Shown here: one piece after another, positions 21,331-30,966 of the stretch
Layout of the letters: every line of letters begins with the position of its first letter
Position numbering within the stretch: position 1 is the stretch's first letter
DNA from: Candidatus Giovannonibacteria bacterium RIFCSPHIGHO2_12_FULL_44_22
GTDB taxonomy: Bacteria > Patescibacteriota > Minisyncoccia > UBA11713 > 2-01-FULL-45-33
Direction: 5' to 3'
Assembly: GCA_001778695.1 (NCBI GenBank)
Contig: MFHU01000004.1
Location: 210 to 64,209 of the forward strand
Length of the DNA: 64,000 nt
Notes under the pieces: generated by a model
The model's database searches: none
What the model saw: only the letters and a program-made list of their open reading frames with translations
What the model was told of the DNA's origin: nothing
Position numbers and translations under genes: made by a program

Positions 21331-22352
21331 AAAGAATAATTTTGCGCGTTGATTTTAACTGGCCGTATGAATATCGGATTGAAAAAACACTTCCTACTAT
21401 ACGCGCTCTTTTGAAAAATGGCGCGGCGAGTGTTGTTTTAATCACGCATTGCGAAAAAGACGGCAAAATCCCGCATTTAAACGGCCTTTATAAATATTTA
21501 AAAAAGTTTTTCAAAAATATTTTGTTTGTTGAGGGGCCGATAAAAAAAATGCCGGAAGATTTTTTTAACCGGCACAAAAATCGCGTTGTGCTTTTGGATA
21601 ATTTAAGATTTGGTTCAGGAGAAAAAAATAATAGTTTGGCGTTCGCGAAGGTCTTGGCTTCTTGGGGCGACTGTTATATAAATGACGCTTTTGCCGAATC
21701 CCATCGCAATTATGCTTCCATTGTTTTACTGCCCAAATTACTGCCTCACGAGACCGGAACGTTATTTAAAGAAGAAATTAAAAATCTTTCCAGATTTTTC
21801 AAGCCCCAGCATCCATTTTTGGTGATTATCGCCGGGAAAAAATTCGCGACCAAAGAACCATTGGTATCGCGATTTTTAAAATCGGCGGATGCGGTATTTA
21901 TCGGGGGCGCCATCGGCAATACTTTTTTGGCTAGGCGCGGAATTAGCGCAGGAAAATCAAAAATTGAGAGCGTAAAAATTCCCAAAAGCGTTATTTGGAA
22001 CAATAAAATTTTACTGCCCGAGGATTGGGCTATGCGTAACAGCTTGATTTTAGACGCTGGGCCGAAAACTGTAGAAATTTTGGGCGAGCTTGCCAAAGCG
22101 TCCAAGTTTGTTTTATGGAATGGGACTTTGGGCCTTTGCGAAAAAGGATTTGAATATGGCACAAAAACTTTTGCCAAAGAGTTGGGAAAATCCAAGGCTT
22201 ATAAAGTTGTGGGCGGAGGAGATACCGTCGCGGCTATCCGGAAATTCAAGCTTGAAAAAAACTTTGATTTTATTTCAACGGGCGGCGGCGCCATGCTGGA
22301 ATTTTTGGCGAAAGGAACCCTCCCGGGGATTGAAGCATTGAAGGAGAAATAA
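21327..22352 (+). CDS. pgk: Phosphoglycerate kinase (short, divergent)
   Basis: RVDFN, NLRF, NDAF..HR, GGGDT, STGGGA. Confidence 0.92.
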   Translation: MKRIILRVDFNWPYEYRIEKTLPTIRALLKNGAASVVLITHCEKDGKIPHLNGLYKYLKKFFKNILFVEGPIKKMPEDFFNRHKNRVVLLDNLRFGSGEKNNSLAFAKVLASWGDCYINDAFAESHRNYASIVLLPKLLPHETGTLFKEEIKNLSRFFKPQHPFLVIIAGKKFATKEPLVSRFLKSADAVFIGGAIGNTFLARRGISAGKSKIESVKIPKSVIWNNKILLPEDWAMRNSLILDAGPKTVEILGELAKASKFVLWNGTLGLCEKGFEYGTKTFAKELGKSKAYKVVGGGDTVAAIRKFKLEKNFDFISTGGGAMLEFLAKGTLPGIEALKEK

Positions 22353-22374
22353 AGTGCTATACTGATTTAATCTT

Positions 22375-23169
22375 ATGCGCTACGACAATGCGGAACATTT
22401 TAAAAAAGAGAATGGCTACGAGGTGGGTGGGACTTGGTACCCTAGAGTCACCAGAATTTTGGAAGTGAAAGCCAAGCCGGGGCTTCAAGTTTTTTTTAAA
22501 GAGATGGGAAGTTTTGATGCCGCGGAAGATGTAAAAAACAAGTCGGCCGAGGAAGGTTCCGCGGTTCACGAAGCTATTCAGAAACTTTTGGTGGGCAAAA
22601 AAGTAGCGGTGCCTCGCGAGATTGAGCCCTCCGTAAATAAATTTTTGGAATTTAACCAATTAAAACAGATTTATTTTCATCCAGAGTATGTTGAACGGAG
22701 AATTTGGTCCGGCCTTCATAAATACGCCGGAACGGTTGACGCGCTTGCGACCATAGACGGCAAATTCGGCGTTTTAGACATTAAAACCTCAACCGGATTT
22801 TTTCCGGAATATAATCTCCAGACCGCGGCTTATATTCAGGCGCTTCAGGAACTGGAAATTAAAAAATCGCTGGCGTTGCCGAAAGAAATTCAAACCAGAT
22901 GGATTTTGAGAATCAACCAGCACAAAGTTTGTAAAAAATGCAATTCAACGCTCCGCGAAAAAGGAGGGAGAAGTAAAACGCGGAACGGAAAATCCAACGG
23001 TACGCCGCGCTGTATAGACGCCGAACATGATTGGGGCGAACCAGAGGGCGACGTGGAGCTCAAGGAATTTCCGTATTATTTCAAGGACGTTCGCGCTTTC
23101 TTAGCCGCCAAAATCCTCTGGGAATGGGACAATGATTACTGGCTCCGTCAGATCGGGTATTCAAGATGA
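22375..23169 (+). CDS. PD-(D/E)XK nuclease family protein
   Basis: VT.IL...G.AVH...YAGTVD...LDIKTS...QTAAY. Confidence 0.75.
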   Translation: MRYDNAEHFKKENGYEVGGTWYPRVTRILEVKAKPGLQVFFKEMGSFDAAEDVKNKSAEEGSAVHEAIQKLLVGKKVAVPREIEPSVNKFLEFNQLKQIYFHPEYVERRIWSGLHKYAGTVDALATIDGKFGVLDIKTSTGFFPEYNLQTAAYIQALQELEIKKSLALPKEIQTRWILRINQHKVCKKCNSTLREKGGRSKTRNGKSNGTPRCIDAEHDWGEPEGDVELKEFPYYFKDVRAFLAAKILWEWDNDYWLRQIGYSR

Positions 23170-24008
23170 AGAAAAATAAAGAAATCGTAGTTTTGTATCA
23201 TAAAGGGTGCAAGGATGGCTTTGGCGCCGCTTGGGCAGCTTGGAGAAAATTTGGCGCGCGCGCGAAATATATCGGAGTCAATCATGGCGATAAATTACCT
23301 GCTGGTTTAGCAAGAAAAGAGGTTTATATGGTTGATTTTACATATTCAGCGAAAGAAATGCAGTGGCTTCTTAAGATTTGCAAAAAGGTTGTAGCTCTAG
23401 ACCATCATGTTAGTTCGATGGCTGCTACAATGTTGGCGCATGATTATCGTTATAATGTTTCTCATTCCGGAGCGACTCTCGCATGGTTATATTTTTTCCC
23501 TAACAAAAAAACACCACAAATTCTTCGTTATTTAGAGGACACAGATATTTGGCGCTTTAAAATGCAGCATACTCGTGAGATCATTGCGAGCATTCATACC
23601 TATGGTCAAGATTTTCGCATTTGGAGTAAATTAGCCAAAGAGATTGAGAAATTTTCTACTAGAAAAATTCATATCATGCGCGGGAAAGCGATTCTTCAAT
23701 ACCAGGGGCAACTTATTAAAAAAGCCGTTGATGAAGCAGAAGAAGTATTGTTTTTAAAACATCGAGTTTTAGTTTCTAATTCCTCAGTATTAATAAGTGT
23801 TATTGGGCATAAACTTGCGCAAAAAAAGAAATCATTTGGGATTGTTTGGCGAAGGTCCAAAGGGCTCATTTTGGTAAGTCTTCGCTCAATTCCATCGTTT
23901 AATGTATCAAAAATTGCCGCGCATTTTGGCGGTGGTGGCCATAAAAATGCTGCTGCTTTCACCCTTTCTGGTCACAAATCATTACCATGGAAAAGAATCA
24001 AAAAATAG
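23166..24008 (+). CDS. DHH/DHHA1 phosphoesterase
   Basis: C.DG, VDF, LDHH, GGGGHKNAA. Confidence 0.88.
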   Translation: MKKNKEIVVLYHKGCKDGFGAAWAAWRKFGARAKYIGVNHGDKLPAGLARKEVYMVDFTYSAKEMQWLLKICKKVVALDHHVSSMAATMLAHDYRYNVSHSGATLAWLYFFPNKKTPQILRYLEDTDIWRFKMQHTREIIASIHTYGQDFRIWSKLAKEIEKFSTRKIHIMRGKAILQYQGQLIKKAVDEAEEVLFLKHRVLVSNSSVLISVIGHKLAQKKKSFGIVWRRSKGLILVSLRSIPSFNVSKIAAHFGGGGHKNAAAFTLSGHKSLPWKRIKK

Positions 24009-24574
24009 TTTTTATAATTCACGGCTGGTGGGGGTATCCGAAAGAAGGGTGGTTTCCTTGGCTTAAGAAAGAGCTTGAAAAAAGAGGGTTTGAGGTTTTT
24101 ATTCCAAAAATGCCGGATACTGGCAAGCCAAAAATAGATAGATGGGTTGGAAAACTCGCTAAAATTGCGGGGAGGGTGGATAAAAATACATATTTTGTCG
24201 GACACAGCATTGGCGCGCAGGCGATTATGAGATATTTGGAAAAATTGCCAAAAAATAAAAAAATCGGCGGAGCTATTTTTGTTGCCGGGTGGTTTAAATT
24301 GACAAATTTAGAGCCCAAAGAGAAACCAATTGCGAAACCTTGGCTGGAAACGCCGTTGAATTTTAAGAAAATAAAAAAGACCGACAATAAATTCGTTGCG
24401 ATATTCTCCGATAATGATTTATATGTGCCGCTTAAGATAAACAGCGATATTTTTAGAAAAAAGCTTGGAGCAAAAATTATTATTCAGCATAAAAAAGGCC
24501 ACTTTTCCGGAAGCGACGGAATCAAAAAATTACCCATTGTTTTAAATGAGTTATTAAAAATGGCTAATAAATAA
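23987..24574 (+). CDS. RBBP9/YdeN-family alpha/beta hydrolase
   Basis: IHGW, GHSIG, SDND.YVP, GHF. Confidence 0.88.
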   Translation: MEKNQKIVFIIHGWWGYPKEGWFPWLKKELEKRGFEVFIPKMPDTGKPKIDRWVGKLAKIAGRVDKNTYFVGHSIGAQAIMRYLEKLPKNKKIGGAIFVAGWFKLTNLEPKEKPIAKPWLETPLNFKKIKKTDNKFVAIFSDNDLYVPLKINSDIFRKKLGAKIIIQHKKGHFSGSDGIKKLPIVLNELLKMANK

Positions 24575-24577
24575 ATT

Positions 24578-25027
24578 ATGCCAAAAAAAGAATCTGAAAA
24601 ACTGATTGTCTATACCGACGGGGGCTCGCGGGGGAATCCGGGGCCGGCGGCGCTTGGGGTGGTAATTTCAGACCAAAAGGGAAATTTAATCAAAGAATAT
24701 GGCGAAGCGCTGGGGGTAAAAACAAATAATGAAGCAGAATACGCGGCTGTAATTTTTGCGCTAAAAAAAATCAAAGCGCTATATGGGAAAGAAAAAACCA
24801 AAAAAATGCATATTGATATGAAAATGGACAGTGAGTTTGTGATGAAGCAATTAAACGGCGAATATAAAATTGAAGAAGAAAGAATGTTCCCGCTTTTTGT
24901 CGCCGTGTGGAATTTGAAGATGGATTTTGGTAAAGTTACTTTCAGCCATGTTCCCCGTGAAAAAAATCGCGCCGCCGACAGATTGGTGAACGCGGCGCTA
25001 GACCGGGAGCAGGGCAAATTGTGGTAA
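24578..25027 (+). CDS. rnhA: Ribonuclease HI
   Basis: YTDGGSRGNPG, TNNEAEY, DS, VPREKN..AD. Confidence 0.93.
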   Translation: MPKKESEKLIVYTDGGSRGNPGPAALGVVISDQKGNLIKEYGEALGVKTNNEAEYAAVIFALKKIKALYGKEKTKKMHIDMKMDSEFVMKQLNGEYKIEEERMFPLFVAVWNLKMDFGKVTFSHVPREKNRAADRLVNAALDREQGKLW

Positions 25028-26379
25028 CAAAATATACACCTTATTTACTCACAGCGTTTTTAGGCGGAGTACTTCTGCGCTCTTTTTTCAATATTCCGCA
25101 AAATTGGATTTTGGGAATATTAGGATTGGCGGGCGGAGTTTTATTTATTTTTTATTTTTTCAAACTTGGCGGCAGGTTTTTAATTTTTAGTCTTGTATTT
25201 TTGGGTTTTCTTCTTGGTATGCTCCGCTTTTCTATTTTTGAAAATAAAATCGCGGCCGATAAGCTTCACAATTATTACGGTCAAACTTTGATTTTGCGGG
25301 GCAAAGTTTTATCAAGCGTTCTTAAGCCAAACAGTTCCCGAATCACTTTAGAAACCGATTTGGGTAGGATTTTAATAATAAAAAGAATTTATCCGGAATA
25401 TAAATACGGAGATGTTTTGGAAATTTCCGGAAAAGTGGCCGAACCCGAAAATTACGCCGGGTTTGACACGGCTAAATTTCTGGCAAAACAGCAAATTTAT
25501 TCCCAGATGATTTTCCCTGAAATTAAAAAGACCGGCCACTCTCCCAATAAATTTTTAAACTCTCTATTTTTTATAAAAAATAAATTTGAAGAAAGCTTAA
25601 AAAGTATTTTGCCGGAGCCAGAGGCCTCACTAGCTTCCGGAATGCTTTTGGGGATTGAAGGCGTGATTCCCCAGGGTATTTTGGATAATTTTAGGAAAGC
25701 CGGCGTGATTCATATTTTGGTGCTTTCCGGATACAATATTACTGTTGTTGGCGCCTTTATTATGGCTTTTTTGGGGTTTATTTTTCCGAATTTTTTGGCA
25801 TGGACCGGCTCTCTTTTTGGTATCTTGGTTTTTACTTTAATGACCGGCGGGGAGCCGGCGGCAATCAGAGCCGCGATTATGGCCGTAATCGGCCTTTTGG
25901 CCATGCGCACGGGCAGAAGCTACCTCGCGATACTCGGCCTTTTGTGGGCGGCATTTTTCATGGCTTTTTGGAATCCGATGTATGTCCGGTTTGATAGAGG
26001 TTTCCAGCTTTCTTTTTTGGCGACTTTGGGGCTGATACTTTTTTCTTCCTGGTTTATGAAAAAACTTTGGTTTTTGCCAAAATTTTTAGGTATTCGCGAA
26101 TCAGCCGCTTCCACGCTTTCCGCCCAAATTTTTGTGACGCCCGTGCTTCTTTCTTGGGGCAATCTGGTTTCTTATCTAAGTCCATTGGCTAATGTCGTGA
26201 TAGTCGGCTTTGTGCCGACTATCATGTTTTTTAGTTTCGCCGCCGGCATTTTGGGATTTTTCTCAAATTTTTTGGGGACAACGCTGGCTTTGGTCCCTTA
26301 TTTTTTGATAAAATTTCAAATTTTGGCCGCCCAGTTTTTGGCGAGTTTTGACTGGGCCGTGATTTATTTTAATTTTTGA
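25021..26379 (+). CDS. comEC: ComEC/Rec2 competence protein (membrane domain)
   Basis: HILVLSGYN, RAAIM, GFQLSFLAT. Confidence 0.92.
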   Translation: MVTKYTPYLLTAFLGGVLLRSFFNIPQNWILGILGLAGGVLFIFYFFKLGGRFLIFSLVFLGFLLGMLRFSIFENKIAADKLHNYYGQTLILRGKVLSSVLKPNSSRITLETDLGRILIIKRIYPEYKYGDVLEISGKVAEPENYAGFDTAKFLAKQQIYSQMIFPEIKKTGHSPNKFLNSLFFIKNKFEESLKSILPEPEASLASGMLLGIEGVIPQGILDNFRKAGVIHILVLSGYNITVVGAFIMAFLGFIFPNFLAWTGSLFGILVFTLMTGGEPAAIRAAIMAVIGLLAMRTGRSYLAILGLLWAAFFMAFWNPMYVRFDRGFQLSFLATLGLILFSSWFMKKLWFLPKFLGIRESAASTLSAQIFVTPVLLSWGNLVSYLSPLANVVIVGFVPTIMFFSFAAGILGFFSNFLGTTLALVPYFLIKFQILAAQFLASFDWAVIYFNF

Positions 26380-26381
26380 AT

Positions 26382-27266
26382 ATGAAAAATTTTTTAAAAC
26401 TTCATAAAAATAAAATTTTATCCGGCGGGCTGTTGTTTTTAGCGGCGCTCATGGCGCTTACCGGATTATATGTTTGGAATCTGGAGCATAAGCCCGAACT
26501 CCAAATTTATTTTTTTGACGTAGGGCAGGGGGATTCCATTTTTATTGAAGCCAAAGATGGCACGCAGATTTTAATTGACGGCGGGCCCACGAATAAAATT
26601 CTTCCGCTTTTGGGCGGCGTTATGCCCTTTTACGACCATTCCATAGATGTCGTTATTTTAACCCACCCGCATGCCGATCATGTTTCTGGACTTATGGAGG
26701 TTTTAAAAAGATATAATGTAGAGATGATTTTTGAAAGCGGAGCAAGTTACCACACGGCCGAAGCCAAAGAATTTGAAAGTATGGTTATTGAAAAAAATAT
26801 AAAAAAAATAATTATAGATAGGCCAGTTAAACTTTCTTTTTTTAAAAACGCCGCGCTGAATTTTTTATTTCCTGACAAATCTTTTGAGGGGCAAGTTTTA
26901 AAAAATGTTCATGATTCGGCTTTGATAAGTGAGCTGGATTTTGAAGGCAAAAAGATTTTGTTTATGTCGGACGCCGAAAAAAATTTGGAGCGCTATTTGC
27001 TTCAAAAAGGGGCTTTGGAGGACATTGATGTTTTGAAAGTTGGCCATCACGGCTCCAAAACTTCCAGCACCGCCGATTTTCTTAAAATCGTAAAACCGGA
27101 ATACGCCGTTATTTCAGCTAGCGACAGAAATCGCTACGGGCATCCGCATCCCGATGTTCTTTCTCGCCTTTCCGCCATAGGAGCCCAAATTTTCCGCACG
27201 GATATTAACGGCACCATTATTTTAAATATCAACAACGGCCGGCTGACTTTGCAAAAAGAAAAATAA
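26382..27266 (+). CDS. ComEC-type metallo-beta-lactamase domain protein
   Basis: FDVGQGD, THPHADH, KVGHHGS, YGHPH. Confidence 0.92.
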   Translation: MKNFLKLHKNKILSGGLLFLAALMALTGLYVWNLEHKPELQIYFFDVGQGDSIFIEAKDGTQILIDGGPTNKILPLLGGVMPFYDHSIDVVILTHPHADHVSGLMEVLKRYNVEMIFESGASYHTAEAKEFESMVIEKNIKKIIIDRPVKLSFFKNAALNFLFPDKSFEGQVLKNVHDSALISELDFEGKKILFMSDAEKNLERYLLQKGALEDIDVLKVGHHGSKTSSTADFLKIVKPEYAVISASDRNRYGHPHPDVLSRLSAIGAQIFRTDINGTIILNINNGRLTLQKEK

Positions 27267-27288
27267 TCTGCTATATTTTTGGAATATG

Positions 27289-27355
27289 CCAGGTAGTGAA
27301 ATTTCGCATCACTACTTGGTAGTAATTAAAATTAATGCGAAATTCTACTACCTGG
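27289..27355 (+). repeat. Start-codon hairpin element, copy 4 (67 bp, before ndk)
   Basis: TATG-CCAGGTAGTGAAATTTCGCAT...ATGCGAAATTCTACTACCTGG-TATG. Confidence 0.9.
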
Positions 27356-27356
27356 T

Positions 27357-27947
27357 ATGAAAAAACCCAAAGATGAGAGGACATTGGTTCTGGTAAAACC
27401 CGATGGCGTGATCCGCGGTTTGGTCGGCGAGGTGATTATGCGTTTTGAAAAGCGCGGGCTTAAAATAATCGCGTTAAAGATGGTCTGGCCCACTTCGGAA
27501 CACATTAACAAACACTATCCTTCGCACAATGAATGGTTTGAATCCGTTGGAAGCCGGACGAAGGAGTTTTTTCAGGGGAAAAATATTGATGTCAACGAAC
27601 ATTTTGGCACCGAAAATCCAGCCGAGATCGGTAAGCAGGTAAAGAGCTGGCTTTTGGACTATATGACTGTGGGTCCTGTTGTCGCGATGGTTATTGAGGG
27701 CATGCACGCGATAACGACTGTGAGAAAATTGGTCGGGCATACTTATCCAATAGAAGCGTTGCCGGGCAGTATCCGCGGGGATTTTTCCGTGGATACGCCT
27801 TCGGCGGCTAATGTTGAAAAAAGAGTAGTAAAAAATATTGTGCACGCTTCTGGAAATGACGCGGAAGCGTCCCATGAAATTGAACACTGGTTTTCTCCGG
27901 AAGAAATCAACGATTATAAGCGCTCCGATGAAGATATAATGTTTTAG
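27357..27947 (+). CDS. ndk: Nucleoside diphosphate kinase
   Basis: ERTLVLVKPDGV.RGL, PGSIRGDF, NIVHAS. Confidence 0.95.
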   Translation: MKKPKDERTLVLVKPDGVIRGLVGEVIMRFEKRGLKIIALKMVWPTSEHINKHYPSHNEWFESVGSRTKEFFQGKNIDVNEHFGTENPAEIGKQVKSWLLDYMTVGPVVAMVIEGMHAITTVRKLVGHTYPIEALPGSIRGDFSVDTPSAANVEKRVVKNIVHASGNDAEASHEIEHWFSPEEINDYKRSDEDIMF

Positions 27948-27948
27948 T

Positions 27949-28329
27949 ATGAAAAGATTTTTTGAATCGTGGGCGTTTATTTTATTATTTTTGATTTTTA
28001 TTTTGGTCAATTTTGCTTTTGCACTTTACTTTAGGCTTTATTATCTGTTTTGGTGGCTGGATATAACGCATCATTTTCTGGGCGGGTTTTGGCTGGCCTT
28101 TTTACTTAATTTTTATCTGAAAAAAACCGGTTTTACTGTCTTTAACTTCCCGCTTTTATTATTATTATTTTTAGGTTTCGTGGCGCTAGTCGGAGTTTTG
28201 TGGGAATTTTTTGAGTTTGGCTTGAATCGTTACATTGTGCATATTGGTTTTATAAACTATGAAGATACTCTTTTGGATCTGTTTTTTGACTTATTGGGCG
28301 GAGCTGTGGGATTTATTTTAATTTTATGA
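27949..28329 (+). CDS. Hypothetical membrane protein
   Basis: Hydrophobic; D..HFLGG...WE..E...DT..DL pattern. Confidence 0.75.
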   Translation: MKRFFESWAFILLFLIFILVNFAFALYFRLYYLFWWLDITHHFLGGFWLAFLLNFYLKKTGFTVFNFPLLLLLFLGFVALVGVLWEFFEFGLNRYIVHIGFINYEDTLLDLFFDLLGGAVGFILIL

Positions 28330-29660
28330 TTAAACTTTCATTTTACGGCGCATCGCAGGAAGTTACCGGAAGCTGTTTTTTACTGGATGATGGCAAGAAT
28401 AAAATTTTAATAGACTGCGGGCTTTTCCAGTGCCCGAAATTTTGCGATATCCGAAGCCGCGAATCTCTGCCTTTTGATCCAAAAAATATATCCGCTCTTT
28501 TTGTGACCCATCCGCACATTGACCACACCGGGCGCATTCCTAAATTGGTAAAAGACGGTTTCGCGGGGAAAATTTATTCAACTTACCCTGCGCGCGATCT
28601 GGCGGAGCTGATGCTGAAAGACAGCACCGGAGTTATGATGAAAGAAGCAAAGCGGGAAGGTGTGCCGGCGCTTTACACGGAGGAGGATGTTGACCGCGCC
28701 ATGGCTCTTTGGGAAGGGAAAAATTATCATGAGAAAATATCGGTGGGTAATTTTAACGTAACTCTTTACGACGCCGGCCATGTTTTGGGTTCAGCCATGA
28801 TTTTGGTAAATAACAAAATTCTATTCAGCGGCGATTTGGGGAATCCTTCCAACCCATTACTTTCCGGTTTTGAGGAAGTGGCGGGAGTGAACACCTTAAT
28901 TGTTGAATCCACTTATGGCGACAGGGGGCATGAAGACGCAAAGGAAAAAAAAATAAAATTGGAGCGTGTGATTGAACAAAGCGTCGCCAGAGGAGGGGCT
29001 CTCATGATTCCGGCTTTTTCTTTGGAAAGAACCCAAGAGCTTCTTTGGGAAATTTCCGGCATGCTGAAAAACAAGCAGATTCCCAACGTGCCGATTTTTT
29101 TGGACAGCCCCTTGGCTATACGCGCCACGGAAGTTTACCAAAAATATTATTCATATCTTAACCGCGCCTATGTTGACCAAAAAACTTTTTCTTTTTTGAA
29201 TCTGCCAAATGTGCATCCGACTTTGGCCACGGAAGAATCCAAAAAAATAAATGGTGTCCCAAATCCCAAAATAATTATCGCGGGCTCCGGCATGTCCACT
29301 GGCGGAAGAATTTTGCACCATGAAAGAAGATATTTGCAAGATCCTAAAAGCACAATTTTATTCATCGGCTATCAGGCGCCAGGGTCTTTGGGGCGCAGAA
29401 TAGAAGACGGCGCGGAGAGCGTGACGCTTTTTGGCGAAGAGATTCCAATAAGGTGCCACAAGGAAATTATTTACGGTTATTCGGCCCATCCAGACGAGGC
29501 GACGCTTTTTGAATTTGTGAGAGACAAATCCGACACTTTAAAAAAAGTTTACGCGGTTCACGGCGAACCGAAATCTTCTCTGGCTCTTATCCAAAAAATC
29601 CGCGACTATCTGGGCATTCCCGCCTTCGCCCCAAAATACGGCGAGAGTGTTATAATATAA
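28326..29660 (+). CDS. MBL/beta-CASP RNA-processing nuclease
   Basis: VTGS, THPHIDH, AGHVLGS, ESTYG, SAH. Confidence 0.92.
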   Translation: MIKLSFYGASQEVTGSCFLLDDGKNKILIDCGLFQCPKFCDIRSRESLPFDPKNISALFVTHPHIDHTGRIPKLVKDGFAGKIYSTYPARDLAELMLKDSTGVMMKEAKREGVPALYTEEDVDRAMALWEGKNYHEKISVGNFNVTLYDAGHVLGSAMILVNNKILFSGDLGNPSNPLLSGFEEVAGVNTLIVESTYGDRGHEDAKEKKIKLERVIEQSVARGGALMIPAFSLERTQELLWEISGMLKNKQIPNVPIFLDSPLAIRATEVYQKYYSYLNRAYVDQKTFSFLNLPNVHPTLATEESKKINGVPNPKIIIAGSGMSTGGRILHHERRYLQDPKSTILFIGYQAPGSLGRRIEDGAESVTLFGEEIPIRCHKEIIYGYSAHPDEATLFEFVRDKSDTLKKVYAVHGEPKSSLALIQKIRDYLGIPAFAPKYGESVII

Positions 29661-29663
29661 CCC

Positions 29664-29721
29664 ATGGACGGACAGCATATACATTTGAAGTATAAAATTT
29701 GCGTGTCGGGGGCGGCGGAGA
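29664..29721 (+). pseudogene. Relic copy of the 5' end of the LOG-family gene at 30394
   Basis: 55 of 58 nt match 30394-30451 by hand count. Confidence 0.92.
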
Positions 29722-29764
29722 TCGGGCTTGATTTTCTTTTAAATTGAATTATAATTAAGATATT

Positions 29765-30004
29765 ATGAAATATTTTGAGCGGATAGAAGTAAATCCAAAG
29801 ATTATGATGGGTAAGCCCGTAATTAGAGGCACGCGCATTCCAGTGTACGTTATTTTAAATTTGCTGGCTGAAGGATACAACGAAAAAGAGGTACAAAAAG
29901 AGTACCCAGATCTTGGAAAAGCAGATATTTTGGCGGCCTTGCGGTTTGCTGCGCTTACAACGCAGTTTGAGGAACTTCGAAAAGAACCGCAATTTGCGAG
30001 ATAA
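29765..30004 (+). CDS. DUF433-family antitoxin
   Basis: I..NP.I..GKP.IRGTRIPV...YPDL...DI.AAL. Confidence 0.9.
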   Translation: MKYFERIEVNPKIMMGKPVIRGTRIPVYVILNLLAEGYNEKEVQKEYPDLGKADILAALRFAALTTQFEELRKEPQFAR

Positions 30005-30006
30005 AC

Positions 30007-30381
30007 ATGACGCTCTTTCTTTTGGACGAAAACTTATCTCCGCATTTGGCAATTTGGTTAAGACATTTAGGTTACGCGGCTAAAGCGGCGCGAGAAACAA
30101 ATCTTAAAGGAAGAAGTGACGAAGATGTTGTAAGATGGGCGCAAAAACATAAAGCTGTTATTTTAACCTCCGATTTGGATTTCGGAGAATTTTTTTACGG
30201 GAAAAGCTTAGGAGCTTTCGGCGTTATTATTTTAAGAAGCAGATCTCAAGGCATAGATTCGTTTAAAAAAATACTTAAAACGCTTCACGCCGGCAAGGTC
30301 TTAAAAGATAAGAGGCTTATTAGCTCTCTATTGGTGGCTGATGAAAACAATTATCGTTGGCGGAAATTCAATATAGAATGA
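30007..30381 (+). CDS. DUF5615 PIN-like toxin
   Basis: FLLDENL...D..V...ILTSD.DFG. Confidence 0.88.
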   Translation: MTLFLLDENLSPHLAIWLRHLGYAAKAARETNLKGRSDEDVVRWAQKHKAVILTSDLDFGEFFYGKSLGAFGVIILRSRSQGIDSFKKILKTLHAGKVLKDKRLISSLLVADENNYRWRKFNIE

Positions 30382-30393
30382 TATAATATAATA

Positions 30394-30966
30394 ATGGACG
30401 GGAAGCATATACATTTGAAGTATAAAATTTGCGTGTCTGGGGCGGCGGAGACGGGACATTGCGCCCCGGGCACTTTGGAAAAGGCCAAAATTTTGGGTGA
30501 AGAAATCGCTAAACATAAAGCAATTTTAGTGAACGGCGCTACAACCGGGTTTCCAATGTGGGCGGCAATCGGCGCCAAAGAGGCCGGCGGTTTTACCATC
30601 GGGCTTTCTCCGGCAAGTACAGAAAAAGAGCATGTTGAAGCTTACCATCTGCCGGTTGATTATATGGATATAATACTTTACACCGGCTTTGGATACTCCG
30701 GAAGGAATTTGTTTTTGACGCGCTCGGCCGACGCTGCGATCGTGGGCTGCGGCCGTTGGGGGACGATTAACGAGTTTTCCATCGCTTTGGAAGACGGCAA
30801 ACCCATCGGCGTTTTGGAGGGAGCTGGCGGGAGCACGGATGTGATAAAAGATATTATAGAAAAATCCGCCCGCGGCCCGGGAAATATTGTTTATGACGCC
30901 GATCCAAAAAAATTGGTTGAAAAAGTTTTGGAGCTAGTCAAAAAAGAAAAAATTATTAAAGTTTAA
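30394..30966 (+). CDS. LOG/SLOG-family nucleotide-binding protein
   Basis: ICVSG, GA..AGG, TG.G..GRN, GT..E. Confidence 0.8.
   Translation: MDGKHIHLKYKICVSGAAETGHCAPGTLEKAKILGEEIAKHKAILVNGATTGFPMWAAIGAKEAGGFTIGLSPASTEKEHVEAYHLPVDYMDIILYTGFGYSGRNLFLTRSADAAIVGCGRWGTINEFSIALEDGKPIGVLEGAGGSTDVIKDIIEKSARGPGNIVYDADPKKLVEKVLELVKKEKIIKV

Noticed and set aside
22375-23169. PD-(D/E)XK nuclease as a Cas4 or prophage marker
   Set aside because: Embedded among housekeeping genes with no cas or phage neighbours
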